Origin: a virus | Reading direction: 5' to 3' (one strand) | Length of the DNA: 64,000 nucleotides | Virus record (IMG/VR): IMGVR_UViG_3300046167_000815 | Span: 15,212-79,211 of that record | Shown here: positions 33,201 to 40,592 of the stretch, piece after piece | Layout: each line of letters begins with the position of its first letter | Numbering within the stretch: the stretch's first letter is position 1 | The notes under the pieces: model-generated | What the model saw: only the letters and a program-made list of their open reading frames with translations | Told to the model about the DNA's origin: nothing | Database searches by the model: none | Made by a program: the position numbers and the translations under genes

Positions 33201-33753
33201 AAACTATAAAAATAATGATGGAGTTTTTCCTTCTTTCTTTAAAGTAACTAAAAATAAAGTTACTAGTGTTTACGAAATAAATAAAGAAACTTTAGATAAG
33301 GATTACTTAGAATACAATAAGATTCCTACATTAGGAACTAACAATTTTATTGTAGAATTTAATTACAATAATCCTATAAATGAGTCTATAGTTCCTAAAA
33401 TTATTAAGAAGAGCAGCGGTTTAACTTTGACCAACAAAAAAGAAATAGAGGAAAAGTATCAAGAAGCTCCTCCAATAGATCCTACAAACTCTTCTTTGTT
33501 TACTATTTCTACAAAAGAAGTACTGGAAGATTTAAAAGACGACGATTACCCAGACATAGATGTTTTACAATTTTCTGCGCCTACAATAAAATCAAACATA
33601 GAAACACCAAATATTGGGCCCAAGGAAGCTCCTTACTCAGAATATAGTACTTTAGCAAAAAGTAAAAAGCAAGTTCCTATGCCAGAAAGTATTTGGGAAA
33701 AAGCAAGCGCTTTAGAAAAAGCAAGTATTATGATACAACTTAAAGAATGTTAA
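24283..33753 (+). CDS. Virion-packaged RNA polymerase (crAss/phi14:2 gp66-type) with N-terminal zincin and a macro-like insert
   Basis: GYRIPTE...AGLDFDIDKL catalytic motif (DFDID at 30235-30249), FESAVKVG, GSQLR, AAVVDNA. HEAFH at 26137-26151. Confidence 0.9.
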   Translation: MACRYFVGGYSLTEAQFKKVLNDGLLDQLLVKQGIEIPGFNIKEEFIESTLESAKQGPVELRVVSKINSKKRINNQLEKVSYTEGDVIGGTNRRSAARKLTTVIKEANDQIKKENKRLNKKRKPIDLILVTSVGGKLQYGENISKKVVQEIEDSPYVNLEDGFIYMLVPSSYGLYPIRLESRFLGETNVGSQVKENVKKLFTETDNKVFDNIAKNISRFLYKTTIKKTPEGVNITTTKADKEQVSKTFETAEELITFILGDRAGKKLNKDKDGNLSTNKGLLAHVNSLKINNNVKDPNSLSNDFYANNEFITTDVYTEGGNFFNSSSFVVEAFNPTTQTTKVLGEILSSSIPVKEESEASSKIVKPIVKEETKEDELPINNKTIEEVQELQSIYIPIENSNLQYRVYVRAKENTLEMYEVEKGSLVAVPNSNAKKWKVSSKANSKETSIARKEAKPKFDELKKQFGTKDTTTPEGGIYQDPKTGEDVGTGLFDNPIVEETESTPETETNISGIFDYGEEGDVGEDLDIKPRTRTVDNKENAVQWDKEKELKWLIDKLGRKVLDGKVSLFNSVEDLESYLPKETYEMLLEARKNGKFLNGLFTKAGMYISNNAFDGTGFHEAFHVVFNLGLNLEQRISLLNEAVEKYSDEISPEATLIKIEEVLADKFMEYVQAEGEVKGLVGKIGKWFKAMFRGFKLFFNKNSVVSISDLFSDIQLGVYKNKITFENTDLTKIHPENIKLRETENTNKSNNDPIPELDPRLKKDAFQYMENRLFQELDKIREENADFKNLSDSELINEISKQGGIKRIYGVLLYRMSLDAKASANAGKDISNLLEIWNAFTNNNKAIEKTIIAGKRMPIFKLGLTPLAKEFNRSLRNRGININLDSIEDLKYTFTEEEENSFAKDVENSTAEERWQQAYIEINPQETLSQLTRRRLSTIPKMIIVDGEEVRATNRLGIPINYSEKEVFAYLAHNITDSYSPSKMVNRLKELSDKKPFIEEILNMIQKYPNFKNSLYTTLASKTFQKFLMVLEVDGNYRTFYSNRKSIDNLITETMINGFVVDENPLFDKHDSESELKGQIDFETPIKKKVSEQIARLNSLTERSKVTTTKEEITDFISDFAKFLKDNHLSVSEDQLLEIWNPDTENTKSKWNNIVKLLSSTGKIFKELEQGRNPFLQMRVSDDSVFKNVLKEFVFRAKSGMEKDLSIAFVNGNKKAVYAVQYSNYLNKLISKFKNPKDFKEYKAEIANDPLLSSMPMITDLLTEEGEASQLMDNLETVIFDSLARSGKNTNVDYSDLSDIEIESMAMAAFFKQGNKSNYGYYKLPIPADNSVLPLIQYKKYDFKEVVDRFVQVANAERKRINFFKNLPEDSSLLLIENFKKNAGKYHILNFLNGKVSENTSVDDIRIIIEDHLLTEFLELQKEKYKDAGIIKEYEKGPNGKITFTDGVISKSQEKNSSEFFKSYLFNSYLMNTQMTTIFAGDPAFYTGTGDYQKRYKQIVSPGTFTNSEIIYDKYSGLVFNDEVAPTESYVVDNIIDLVRASDLPAENKKELIARWESTRSTTSDKGHNNLTDAATFISLDRAKNILVSLDRYTPAHKKAFERIKKGIEKPEDSALFSVSKPFMFSKMNIEGVEVPIQIKNSEVLLTKALAYKKDADGNFMRPKLVAAYDLLNNPKPDGPQIDFIAFESAVKVGAIGSKLDEEGNVTYNELVEDDEGKLILNGPPAIVTLDHADWRLQQEVPPKYEDASGNFGSQLRNLIISDMSMDGIYKINKKDYTGREVARMYQDLIVENLQESYEDVEEMFLDEDGEIDYKKITTHLRAEITRRNLGEEYFKAIELVDNVRKNKKTPTLPLWHPLVSYKVESLLNSFFKNNVTKQKIKGGAMVNATSYGVSEELEFYIDKNGNYLMEALLPWWTKRFFPKNKDGEIDLKTLPKELTALLGYRIPTEDKYSMFNIKVVGFTDSAAGGTIILPQEATTQAGLDFDIDKLSMIIPEYRITKEGKIEYKKYLNENSSAEEIVDAIFDSNSSYESFVNKYVPKSSQKRILKLKEEADQDIFNSVLSRNNWKKDVGFTEIVTEIKDLTEESKKETDPVKKAALKKQINSLRNKVYEEKDLFDAGVNTAHERYKTLKKDIAGFVETISKDEYVDFNTKATRNNQLLQIMIGIMENKETALSIIDSGNFDKLIELGTSTRILQLPKDSNLKKEGIDILKDFKSGKIDVLQYRELLKDFSKKLDDKDFNINYPSTQLTLFRRNMTGKKLIGIFANHNSNHAKAQYTNLALNSSVKFDGIEYNSLNNVKNSEGERISKSLAIKLAAVVDNAQEPVSAYLNMNTYTANVIAYLSRLGVKEDTIFAFVNQPSIVELTKEHFNEKGSAATEKNRVDKHIAQLKGDLGINNISLDSIEMEEGNLNLKELQDALDNNNSKETLITQYKALVAFKDHYNIAEELSQITQASKVDTQPVGPSNGENYVMINKQQRVLNRSNSMITGKEELFFTESEQLINPAFNKYGWLKPLGILNKVFPSIGKISTETGSIQYSMLGKIKNFFSDLKTDFNLTASEARQVDSLFMSYIGSKLPFFNYKDATRVLNEVPDTLRKYKEENPDSIYMPLLEALYTKDATRTVPVRRIEYYNTGKKSLDHEEARAAWKQMLTAENAKDRKLALDLVKYTFFSNGYSFSSYSFFNMIPVEFWKDSFAKEDINKGVGLLDENNNSFNDIAELVFEDLKNEPAVGVDGYITQSGAVYNFIKQFIQNTAEKSMVVPSLNLKEDTPRGFTPKKGVLKLAPDEVFVFGTTQEGAHNIDAAGFAFSGNATTNKSLYKKGDTGKWTQYGITGQITLGTEGQGFGIRMQKATFKDGSLEKIEGPKQLEEAESRKLITSMKSDLRKLIKAANENNNKTFIVGNLDNSTNDTGRTSFKIIKQALEEVNKEAMFPENVIFPEKYDPRINNNRKIVKVDNTQSLIIRKAAHQNYKNNDGVFPSFFKVTKNKVTSVYEINKETLDKDYLEYNKIPTLGTNNFIVEFNYNNPINESIVPKIIKKSSGLTLTNKKEIEEKYQEAPPIDPTNSSLFTISTKEVLEDLKDDDYPDIDVLQFSAPTIKSNIETPNIGPKEAPYSEYSTLAKSKKQVPMPESIWEKASALEKASIMIQLKEC

Positions 33754-33754
33754 T

Positions 33755-36700
33755 ATGAATTGTATAAATATAAATCACCCAGAATATAAGTCTTTATTAA
33801 ACAGTACAAAAGAACATCCGCATGTTTTAAACTACAAAATAAGTTTATGGATGGACAAAAACGGAACAGATAGTTTTCCTACTGCTAATGAAGTTTTGTC
33901 TATTCCTTTTGGCCAAGGGGTATTTTATAATATTAATCCTATAAAACAATTAGGTATTAAATACAATATGAACCAAGCAGGTTTTATGCCTGCAAATGTA
34001 GACTTAGCACAGGTTCAAAGAGACGCTAGAAAATTAAATTTAACGGTCCATAGAGCTGCTTCTCGTATGTGGTTCTTTAAAGACTCTAGTAAAAGATTCA
34101 TCAATCCCTTCAAATACAGACAGTTAGAAACAAGTACTCCTCTCAATCCCAACCAAGATCTAACTGACAGACTTTTAAAGTGGGCTAATACTCACGGTAT
34201 TGCCGTAACTACTTTAGAAGAAATGATGAATAGGGCAACAGACTCAGACTCTTTAAAAGGGTCTGTAGCTGTTGCTGACTTACTTAATAGAATAATAGCT
34301 ATAGATCCACAAAAAGAAGGATACGATACATTAGCGGAAGAAGTAGCACACTTTGCTACTAGCATATTAAAAGACGATGTTTCTGTAAAGAAAGCTATGG
34401 AGAAAATAGTAGATACAGAAATGTATAAAGAGGTAAAAGAGGTTTACGCTGAACTATATAATAATGAAGAAGACTTTAGAAAAGAAGCCGTAGATAAACT
34501 ACTTACTCAAGTTATTCTAGATAAGTTTCAAGAAACAAAAGAAACAAAAGGAGTGCTGCCTTTTATTAAAGGAATCTTTAGCAAGTTTAAAAAATGGGTT
34601 TCTAAATTTAGAAAGTCAGATGCTGCAGAAGAAATTAAAAATGATTTATATCCTCTTGCACAATCTATTCTTAACAATGAATATTTAGGAACTGCTAATA
34701 CTGTAGACGCAACAAGTAACACTGTATTCTACCAAAAAGGATTAGTGTATACTCCAGAATCTGAAACAGAATTACTAGAATCTTTACCTGAATCAATAGA
34801 AAAAGTTAAAGCTAAATTTGTTATAGCGGCTACTAATAAACTTAATGAACGATTAGAACAACTTAGAAGAAATAGCGCTAAGGCAAAAAAAGTAAAAAGT
34901 TTACAAAAAGAAATAGATACTTTAAAAGAACAAATAGAAAAAAATGAACTTACTGTAAGTGCTTTAGGAGTAATAGAATTAGCCAGAAAAGAGCTTGTTC
35001 CTATAAATAAAATGCTAGATACTTTTATTGAAAAAAATGCTACTAATGGTAAGGACTTAGAAATGATAGAAAAATTTTCTGAAATGTATCAGAATTTATT
35101 TACAGATTTTCAAGAAGGAATGTCTGTATTAAATTTTTCTAAAGAAGAAAATCAAAATCTTCTTAATATGCTACAAGAAGTTCGTTCCGAAATATTACAA
35201 ATGGATTCTAGAAATAGAGCTCTTATAAAAGAAAACGCACTTACTGTATTAGAAGAAGGCAATGTAGGCCCTGACGGTCAAAAAATAGATCCTGATTTTA
35301 ATGCAGAAACCGCTTTTAATTTTACTAAAGAAGATGCTTCTGCCTGGAGACTACAAGTAGGTAATTACAAACTTTCTAATTCTCCTATTATAAGAGCAGT
35401 CCATAAAATATTATTTGATGCTACTCAAGCTGTAAAAAGATTTGCAATTTCAAAAGGTAACGTTTTACTAAGGGCACAACTAGAAATGGAAAATGCTGGA
35501 GTAAAAGTAGAAGATTTAATAGAAAAAGATGCAAATGGAAAGTATACTCAGTACCTTATACGTAAAGAAGACTGGGCAGGATACTATGCTGAAAGATCTA
35601 AAATGCAAGAAAAACTTGCAAAAGAATTAGGTTACGATAGCTATGCAGATCTTGATACTAGCCAGCTTTCTGAAAAAGATTTAAAAACTTATAAAAGAGT
35701 TACTAAAGCATTTTTTAGAGAAAATTCTCTTTTAAGTTATGATTCTGAAGGAACAATTATAGGCAGAAAACCTAAAACTCTTAATCCTAAGTTTGCAGAA
35801 TTAATGAAAAATCCTGCAGTTAAAAATTATTATGATTTACTAATAGATACTAAAACAGAAGCTCTTTCTAAATTGCCTACTCAATATAGAACTTCTGCTT
35901 CTATATATTTATTGCCAGGAATAAGAGCTCAGTTTTTAGAAAAACTTACTGATAACAACCAGTCTTTTTTAACTAATATGAGAGAGACTGTAAAAGAAGC
36001 TTTCTTTATTGATGAAGATGATACTCAGTTTGGGGAAATATCTGCACTAAATAATAGAATGGTCCCTATATATTTTAACCAACGTTTTGATAATCCTGCA
36101 AATTTATCTAGAGATTTAACTAGAAGTTATACTGTGTATTCTGAAATGGCAGAAAACTTTAAATCTATGAACACCATAGCAGGTGATGTATATACTATTT
36201 CTAGTGCTTTAAGTAGAAAAAAATACCAAAAAGGAAAACAACAAGTAGAAGGTATCGTTTCTAGAGATTTTAAAATACTGCAAAACATGTTAGATCAAAA
36301 TGTTTACGGTATAGTAAAGAAAGATGTTAGTGTAACAGTAAAAGATACTCCTCTTACTAGAAAATTACATCTTGCTAATAAGTCTTTTTCTTTTACTAAG
36401 TTGGCGCAAAAAGTTTCTAAGTATATTTCTTTAAATAACTTGGCCTTAAATCCTTTTACTTCTACTGCAGGTTATTTAAAAGGGTCTATTGATTCTCTTG
36501 TAGAAGATCAAATAGGATTATATACTACATTAGAATCTAAAAACTGGGCAAGAGGAGAGTATGCTAAAAATATACTACATGTCTTACAAGAAGTTCCTAA
36601 AAAAAGACAGACAAATAAAATGCATCTTTTATTACAACGTAACGGAGTTGTAGAGCTTAGTAAAATGCTTAGAAATACTAATAAGAATAAACTACTTTCT

Positions 36701-37849
36701 GATGTTACTAGTAGAGACCTTATGTTTTTAAATTATCGTACTGCTGACTACGCTATTAAAGGTAGAGTAGCATTGTCTATTTACGATAACATAAGATTAG
36801 TAGACGGTAATTTTATAAACAAAAAGAACTTTTTAGAAAAGTCTGAAAAAGAAGGCCTATCTAAAAAAGAAGCTAATAAAAAATGGAAAGAGTCTAGAGA
36901 CAAAAGTTTGTACAATGCTTATGAAGTAGTAGACGGCATTCTGCAAGTAAAACCAGAGTTTAAGCAATACGTTACTGATGGGGTAGAAAATGCGGCTGTG
37001 GGACAAGTTAATCATGTAGCTAACACAGTAGACGGTACGCTATCAGAAAGTGATAAAGGAGCACTAGCTCGTACAGTATATGGAGATTTTGTACTTATGC
37101 ACCGTGGATGGTTTATAAATATGATAGATTCTAGATTTACTAAGAAAAAAGTAAACTTTATTACTGGAGAAGAAGAGATGGGTATATACCCTGCTGCAGG
37201 AGATTTCATATATCAAGATATAATTAAAGGTAAGAATCTTACTCCTTGGGATATTTATTCTGCTTATAAAAATATAGCTAGTCCTGCTAAAAAACGAGGA
37301 GTTAAAAAAGCAACTTTAGATCTTATTTATTTACAAGTTGTAGCTCTCATAAGTGCTATGGTAAATGTAGCAGCAGACGACGATGATGAAAATATGATGC
37401 TACAATTAGCAGCATACCAAATGAATAGAGTGCTCTTAGAACAAGCTGCAGGACAACCTTTGTTAAACACAGGGGAATTACTTCAAATTATAGATGAACC
37501 TGTTGTGGGTGTAAGAACTGTAAAAGATTTAGTAGATATTAAAGAAATATTTAATTTTAAACCTTACCAAAGCGGAATGTATAAAGGATGGACTCACGCA
37601 GGTAAGTGGGCCATTAAAAAAATACCTGGATACAAAAATATTTACGAAAGTCAGTTTCCTGATCTAAAAAATAATTTCTTAAAAAATCAAATTATAGATT
37701 CTTATACTTATGATTTATTAAAAGAAAAACAAGACGATAGTGAATTTACTTTATTAGAAAGACTAGCTCTTATATTTAAAGACCAACAGCCAGATAACGA
37801 AAGTACTGTGGTCCAATATATAGAAGCACTAGAAGAAGACAACTACTAA
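33755..37849 (+). CDS. Large virion protein of the vRNAP cluster (zincin-like EExxH variant)
   Basis: 1364 aa, LAEEVAHF at ~34335. Last gene of the + strand operon. Confidence 0.65.
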   Translation: MNCININHPEYKSLLNSTKEHPHVLNYKISLWMDKNGTDSFPTANEVLSIPFGQGVFYNINPIKQLGIKYNMNQAGFMPANVDLAQVQRDARKLNLTVHRAASRMWFFKDSSKRFINPFKYRQLETSTPLNPNQDLTDRLLKWANTHGIAVTTLEEMMNRATDSDSLKGSVAVADLLNRIIAIDPQKEGYDTLAEEVAHFATSILKDDVSVKKAMEKIVDTEMYKEVKEVYAELYNNEEDFRKEAVDKLLTQVILDKFQETKETKGVLPFIKGIFSKFKKWVSKFRKSDAAEEIKNDLYPLAQSILNNEYLGTANTVDATSNTVFYQKGLVYTPESETELLESLPESIEKVKAKFVIAATNKLNERLEQLRRNSAKAKKVKSLQKEIDTLKEQIEKNELTVSALGVIELARKELVPINKMLDTFIEKNATNGKDLEMIEKFSEMYQNLFTDFQEGMSVLNFSKEENQNLLNMLQEVRSEILQMDSRNRALIKENALTVLEEGNVGPDGQKIDPDFNAETAFNFTKEDASAWRLQVGNYKLSNSPIIRAVHKILFDATQAVKRFAISKGNVLLRAQLEMENAGVKVEDLIEKDANGKYTQYLIRKEDWAGYYAERSKMQEKLAKELGYDSYADLDTSQLSEKDLKTYKRVTKAFFRENSLLSYDSEGTIIGRKPKTLNPKFAELMKNPAVKNYYDLLIDTKTEALSKLPTQYRTSASIYLLPGIRAQFLEKLTDNNQSFLTNMRETVKEAFFIDEDDTQFGEISALNNRMVPIYFNQRFDNPANLSRDLTRSYTVYSEMAENFKSMNTIAGDVYTISSALSRKKYQKGKQQVEGIVSRDFKILQNMLDQNVYGIVKKDVSVTVKDTPLTRKLHLANKSFSFTKLAQKVSKYISLNNLALNPFTSTAGYLKGSIDSLVEDQIGLYTTLESKNWARGEYAKNILHVLQEVPKKRQTNKMHLLLQRNGVVELSKMLRNTNKNKLLSDVTSRDLMFLNYRTADYAIKGRVALSIYDNIRLVDGNFINKKNFLEKSEKEGLSKKEANKKWKESRDKSLYNAYEVVDGILQVKPEFKQYVTDGVENAAVGQVNHVANTVDGTLSESDKGALARTVYGDFVLMHRGWFINMIDSRFTKKKVNFITGEEEMGIYPAAGDFIYQDIIKGKNLTPWDIYSAYKNIASPAKKRGVKKATLDLIYLQVVALISAMVNVAADDDDENMMLQLAAYQMNRVLLEQAAGQPLLNTGELLQIIDEPVVGVRTVKDLVDIKEIFNFKPYQSGMYKGWTHAGKWAIKKIPGYKNIYESQFPDLKNNFLKNQIIDSYTYDLLKEKQDDSEFTLLERLALIFKDQQPDNESTVVQYIEALEEDNY

Positions 37850-37862
37850 ACCGTAAAATTTT

Positions 37863-37888
37863 TTCAGAGAGCCCTTGAGCTCTCTGAA
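37863..37888. terminator. Hairpin between convergent transcription blocks
   Basis: TTCAGAGAGC-ccttga-GCTCTCTGAA, a perfect 10-bp stem. Confidence 0.7.
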
Positions 37889-37893
37889 TTAAT

Positions 37894-38762
37894 TTAAAAA
37901 ATATATCTAATTTTATTCCACGGAATCATTTCATCGTGTAAGTTTTTAAAATATTTTATATACTTAGATTTTAATCCTTTAGCATATCTAATATTTTTAC
38001 CGCCATATTGAGAAGTTTTTACTTCTTGTTTTTTAGGCTGCCACAATAAATCTTCTCCTGATACGTTATTAGCTACATTATACTTATGTTTATTTTCATT
38101 ATGAGTTAAAAAATAACCTCTGACAATACATCTTTTTTATACTCTTCTTTAATATGCATATCACATAAAGCAAATAACTTAGCATAATGTTTTAGCCAAT
38201 CGTCAAACACAACTACTGGACTAAAATTTAAGTGCACTTCATACCCAGCTTCAATAAATTTATTTACTGATTTAATCCTGTCTATAATATCTGGAGTATT
38301 AGGCTCTAATTTTTCTTTGATTATTTGCGGCATAAGACTAAATCTAATTCTTACTTTCTTTTTAGGATTAAATTCTAAGAACTTAGTAGGAATTATTTTA
38401 GTAGCAAACGTTGCTTTAGCAATAGGATGCTCTACAAAAAACTCAAATATTTTTTGCCATTCGTGGTATTTAGCATGTAAAGCAAAATCTTCGTTACAAG
38501 CAATGTCATAAGTAACATACTCAGGATCCGTTTGATTAGGCTTTTTTACATCAGCATAAAAATATGCATGATTGTTAATCGCTGTTAGTATATCGCCATA
38601 GTTTTTTGCAACAGTAAGGCCTTCTGGCAAATGCCTTTTCATATAACAGTAGGAGCATTTAAGTAAACAGCCGAACCCAAAAGAAGGCGAGATATAATCG
38701 CTACTTCTTTCTGACAATCGGATTTCCATAGCTTTTCTACTGACTTTCTTTATTTCAGTCAT
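37894..38762 (-). CDS. Spore photoproduct lyase-family radical SAM protein (frameshift near 38108)
   Basis: GCLLKCSYCY (CxxxCxxC), DIACNED, FATK, RIRFSL. The C-terminus EVIFLTHN...LW...SQYGGKNIRY...IRYIF continues to TAA at 37894. Confidence 0.85.
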
Positions 38763-38774
38763 ATGTACTTCTAT

Positions 38775-38945
38775 TTATGATCCACAACCAATGCAATCTA
38801 TATGGCTATCCATAGGTTTAATTCCTTTAAGTTTCATTTGTAAGTTATGAATTTCGTCTTTAATATTCATATCTTGAAACATGTCACCAGTTAATTGCGA
38901 TTCTAAAGAAGCTATAGTAGCTTCTAATTCTTCTTTGTTTTCCAT
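38775..38945 (-). CDS. 56-aa microprotein ending in CxxCGS
   Basis: Read manually: MENKEELEATIASLESQLTGDMFQDMNIKDEIHNLQMKLKGIKPMDSHIDCIGCGS. Confidence 0.75.
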   Translation of the reverse strand: MENKEELEATIASLESQLTGDMFQDMNIKDEIHNLQMKLKGIKPMDSHIDCIGCGS

Positions 38946-38955
38946 GATTTTTATT

Positions 38956-39280
38956 TTATGATTCGTATTCTAATTCTTCTTTTAACAAAATTAAAAAATC
39001 TTCTTTAGTTCCTAAAACTCTAGGGCTCTTCATAAACAATTTCATAGTCTCTATACTCAAACTTTTCTGCTTCTGTATTATGCTTAGAAATCATTTTTTC
39101 AAATATAGCCTCTACACTTTTTGTATAAAGCAATAAATCAGTTTCTAATTCTATTACAAAATTATAACCTCCTTTAGGTTTCCACTTTGGTTTTTTGTCT
39201 CCATAAGTATTAAATCCCTTGGGCCCTACATTATAGTTTTCATAATACTGAGTTTTGATAATAATTTTTTCTTCTACCAT
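38956..39280 (-). CDS. Hypothetical protein (frameshift near 39023)
   Basis: TQYYENY...WKPKGG. Continues as PRVLGTKEDF...YES after removing one base. Confidence 0.55.
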
Positions 39281-39963
39281 TTTATAGTTTCTTTATATAA
39301 GTTATTTAAAATAACATTAGCCTCTTTAAAATTAGGACAATGCCAGTCTTTTTTAGGATAGACGTAATCTTTAGGGTCATCAAAAGTCAAAACATGATTA
39401 TTTTTTTCTAAGAAAGGTTTTAGTTTTTGATTTTCTTCTCCCCATAAAATGTAAATAGTACCTGGTTTATACTGATTTAAAGCATTTAAAACTGCAGATA
39501 TAAACTTACCCCAAGGCTTAGTATGTTCGCCTTTGTCGTCTTCTCTAATTGTCAACTGTTTGTTTAATAGAAGTACTCCTTGTTTAGCCCAGTCTTCTAA
39601 ACTAAAATCAAACCCTAAATGCAAACCATTGTGAAATTCTCTTTCTACTTGTTCAAAAATTCTAGTAATAACAGGTGAATAAAACTGCGTTACAAATTCA
39701 TTTCCATATGCTAAACCATTAGCAGCTTCTATGTTTCTGTGCGGCTGTTTGCCTATAATAACAACTCTGGTAGATTCCCAAGGGCAAAGTTTAAAAGCCT
39801 TAAATATGTTTTCTTTATTAGGTTTTACTTTGTTCATAGCATATTCTGCTCCGACAAAACCCATTAATTTAGAAGTACCATATTCTGTTTTAAGTGTTTC
39901 TTGTAACTGGATAGCCCACCCTTTTCCCAGGGTGTCTATCCAGAATTGTTTTTTATATTTCAT
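39274..39963 (-). CDS. Family-1 uracil-DNA glycosylase homologue with substituted catalytic residues
   Basis: RVVIIG, GLAY, WAKQGVLLLN and YILWG align with Ung, but GQDPY has become GKQPH and HPSP has become DPKD. Confidence 0.8.
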   Translation of the reverse strand: MKYKKQFWIDTLGKGWAIQLQETLKTEYGTSKLMGFVGAEYAMNKVKPNKENIFKAFKLCPWESTRVVIIGKQPHRNIEAANGLAYGNEFVTQFYSPVITRIFEQVEREFHNGLHLGFDFSLEDWAKQGVLLLNKQLTIREDDKGEHTKPWGKFISAVLNALNQYKPGTIYILWGEENQKLKPFLEKNNHVLTFDDPKDYVYPKKDWHCPNFKEANVILNNLYKETIKW

Positions 39964-39964
39964 A

Positions 39965-40592
39965 TTAGTTATCAAATTCTTTTGCAGGATTTAGTTTATG
40001 CGTTACTCCTAATTGTTTTAACGTTTTACTACTAAGGCCTTCTTTATTTTTATCTATTATGGACCATACTTCTTGGTCTCCTAAAATTACAGGATCATTC
40101 TCAGAAGAAGAAAGAGCTTTTTCCCAGCTTTTTCTAAGTTCAGGACATCTGCTTAAAATACGAGGAAGAATATTAGGGTTTAATTTAAAGAAACCGTTTT
40201 TTAATATAAGACCTTTTATTTCTGGAGACAAGTTTAGAATACTTACCTTCTAATAAAAGATTATATTGATCCAAATGTTTTTCAGGTATCTTAAATACCA
40301 TAACAATAAAATCGTCTTTTTCGTATTCGTCCACATAAGTTGCCATAGATATTATTGTCGAATAAAACTCTTCAAAATTATAATCTCTGTAAGGTTTTAG
40401 TACTATAAAAATATACGGCTCGTGATTAAAATCAAATTCTAGATCTTCGTCCCACATAAAAGCATTAGAAAATCTAGTAGTCATAATGCGTTTATTAAAA
40501 CTGTTTGTAACATCGCATCTAAATAATTGTTTAGGTATTTCCAAAAGAGGAAACAAAAACGTTGATGTCTGCGTATATTTTTTATCGCTCAT
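39965..40592 (-). CDS. Hypothetical phage protein (two ORFs joined; frameshift near 40232)
   Basis: LLEGKYSK runs into SPEIK in the adjacent frame. Confidence 0.6.
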
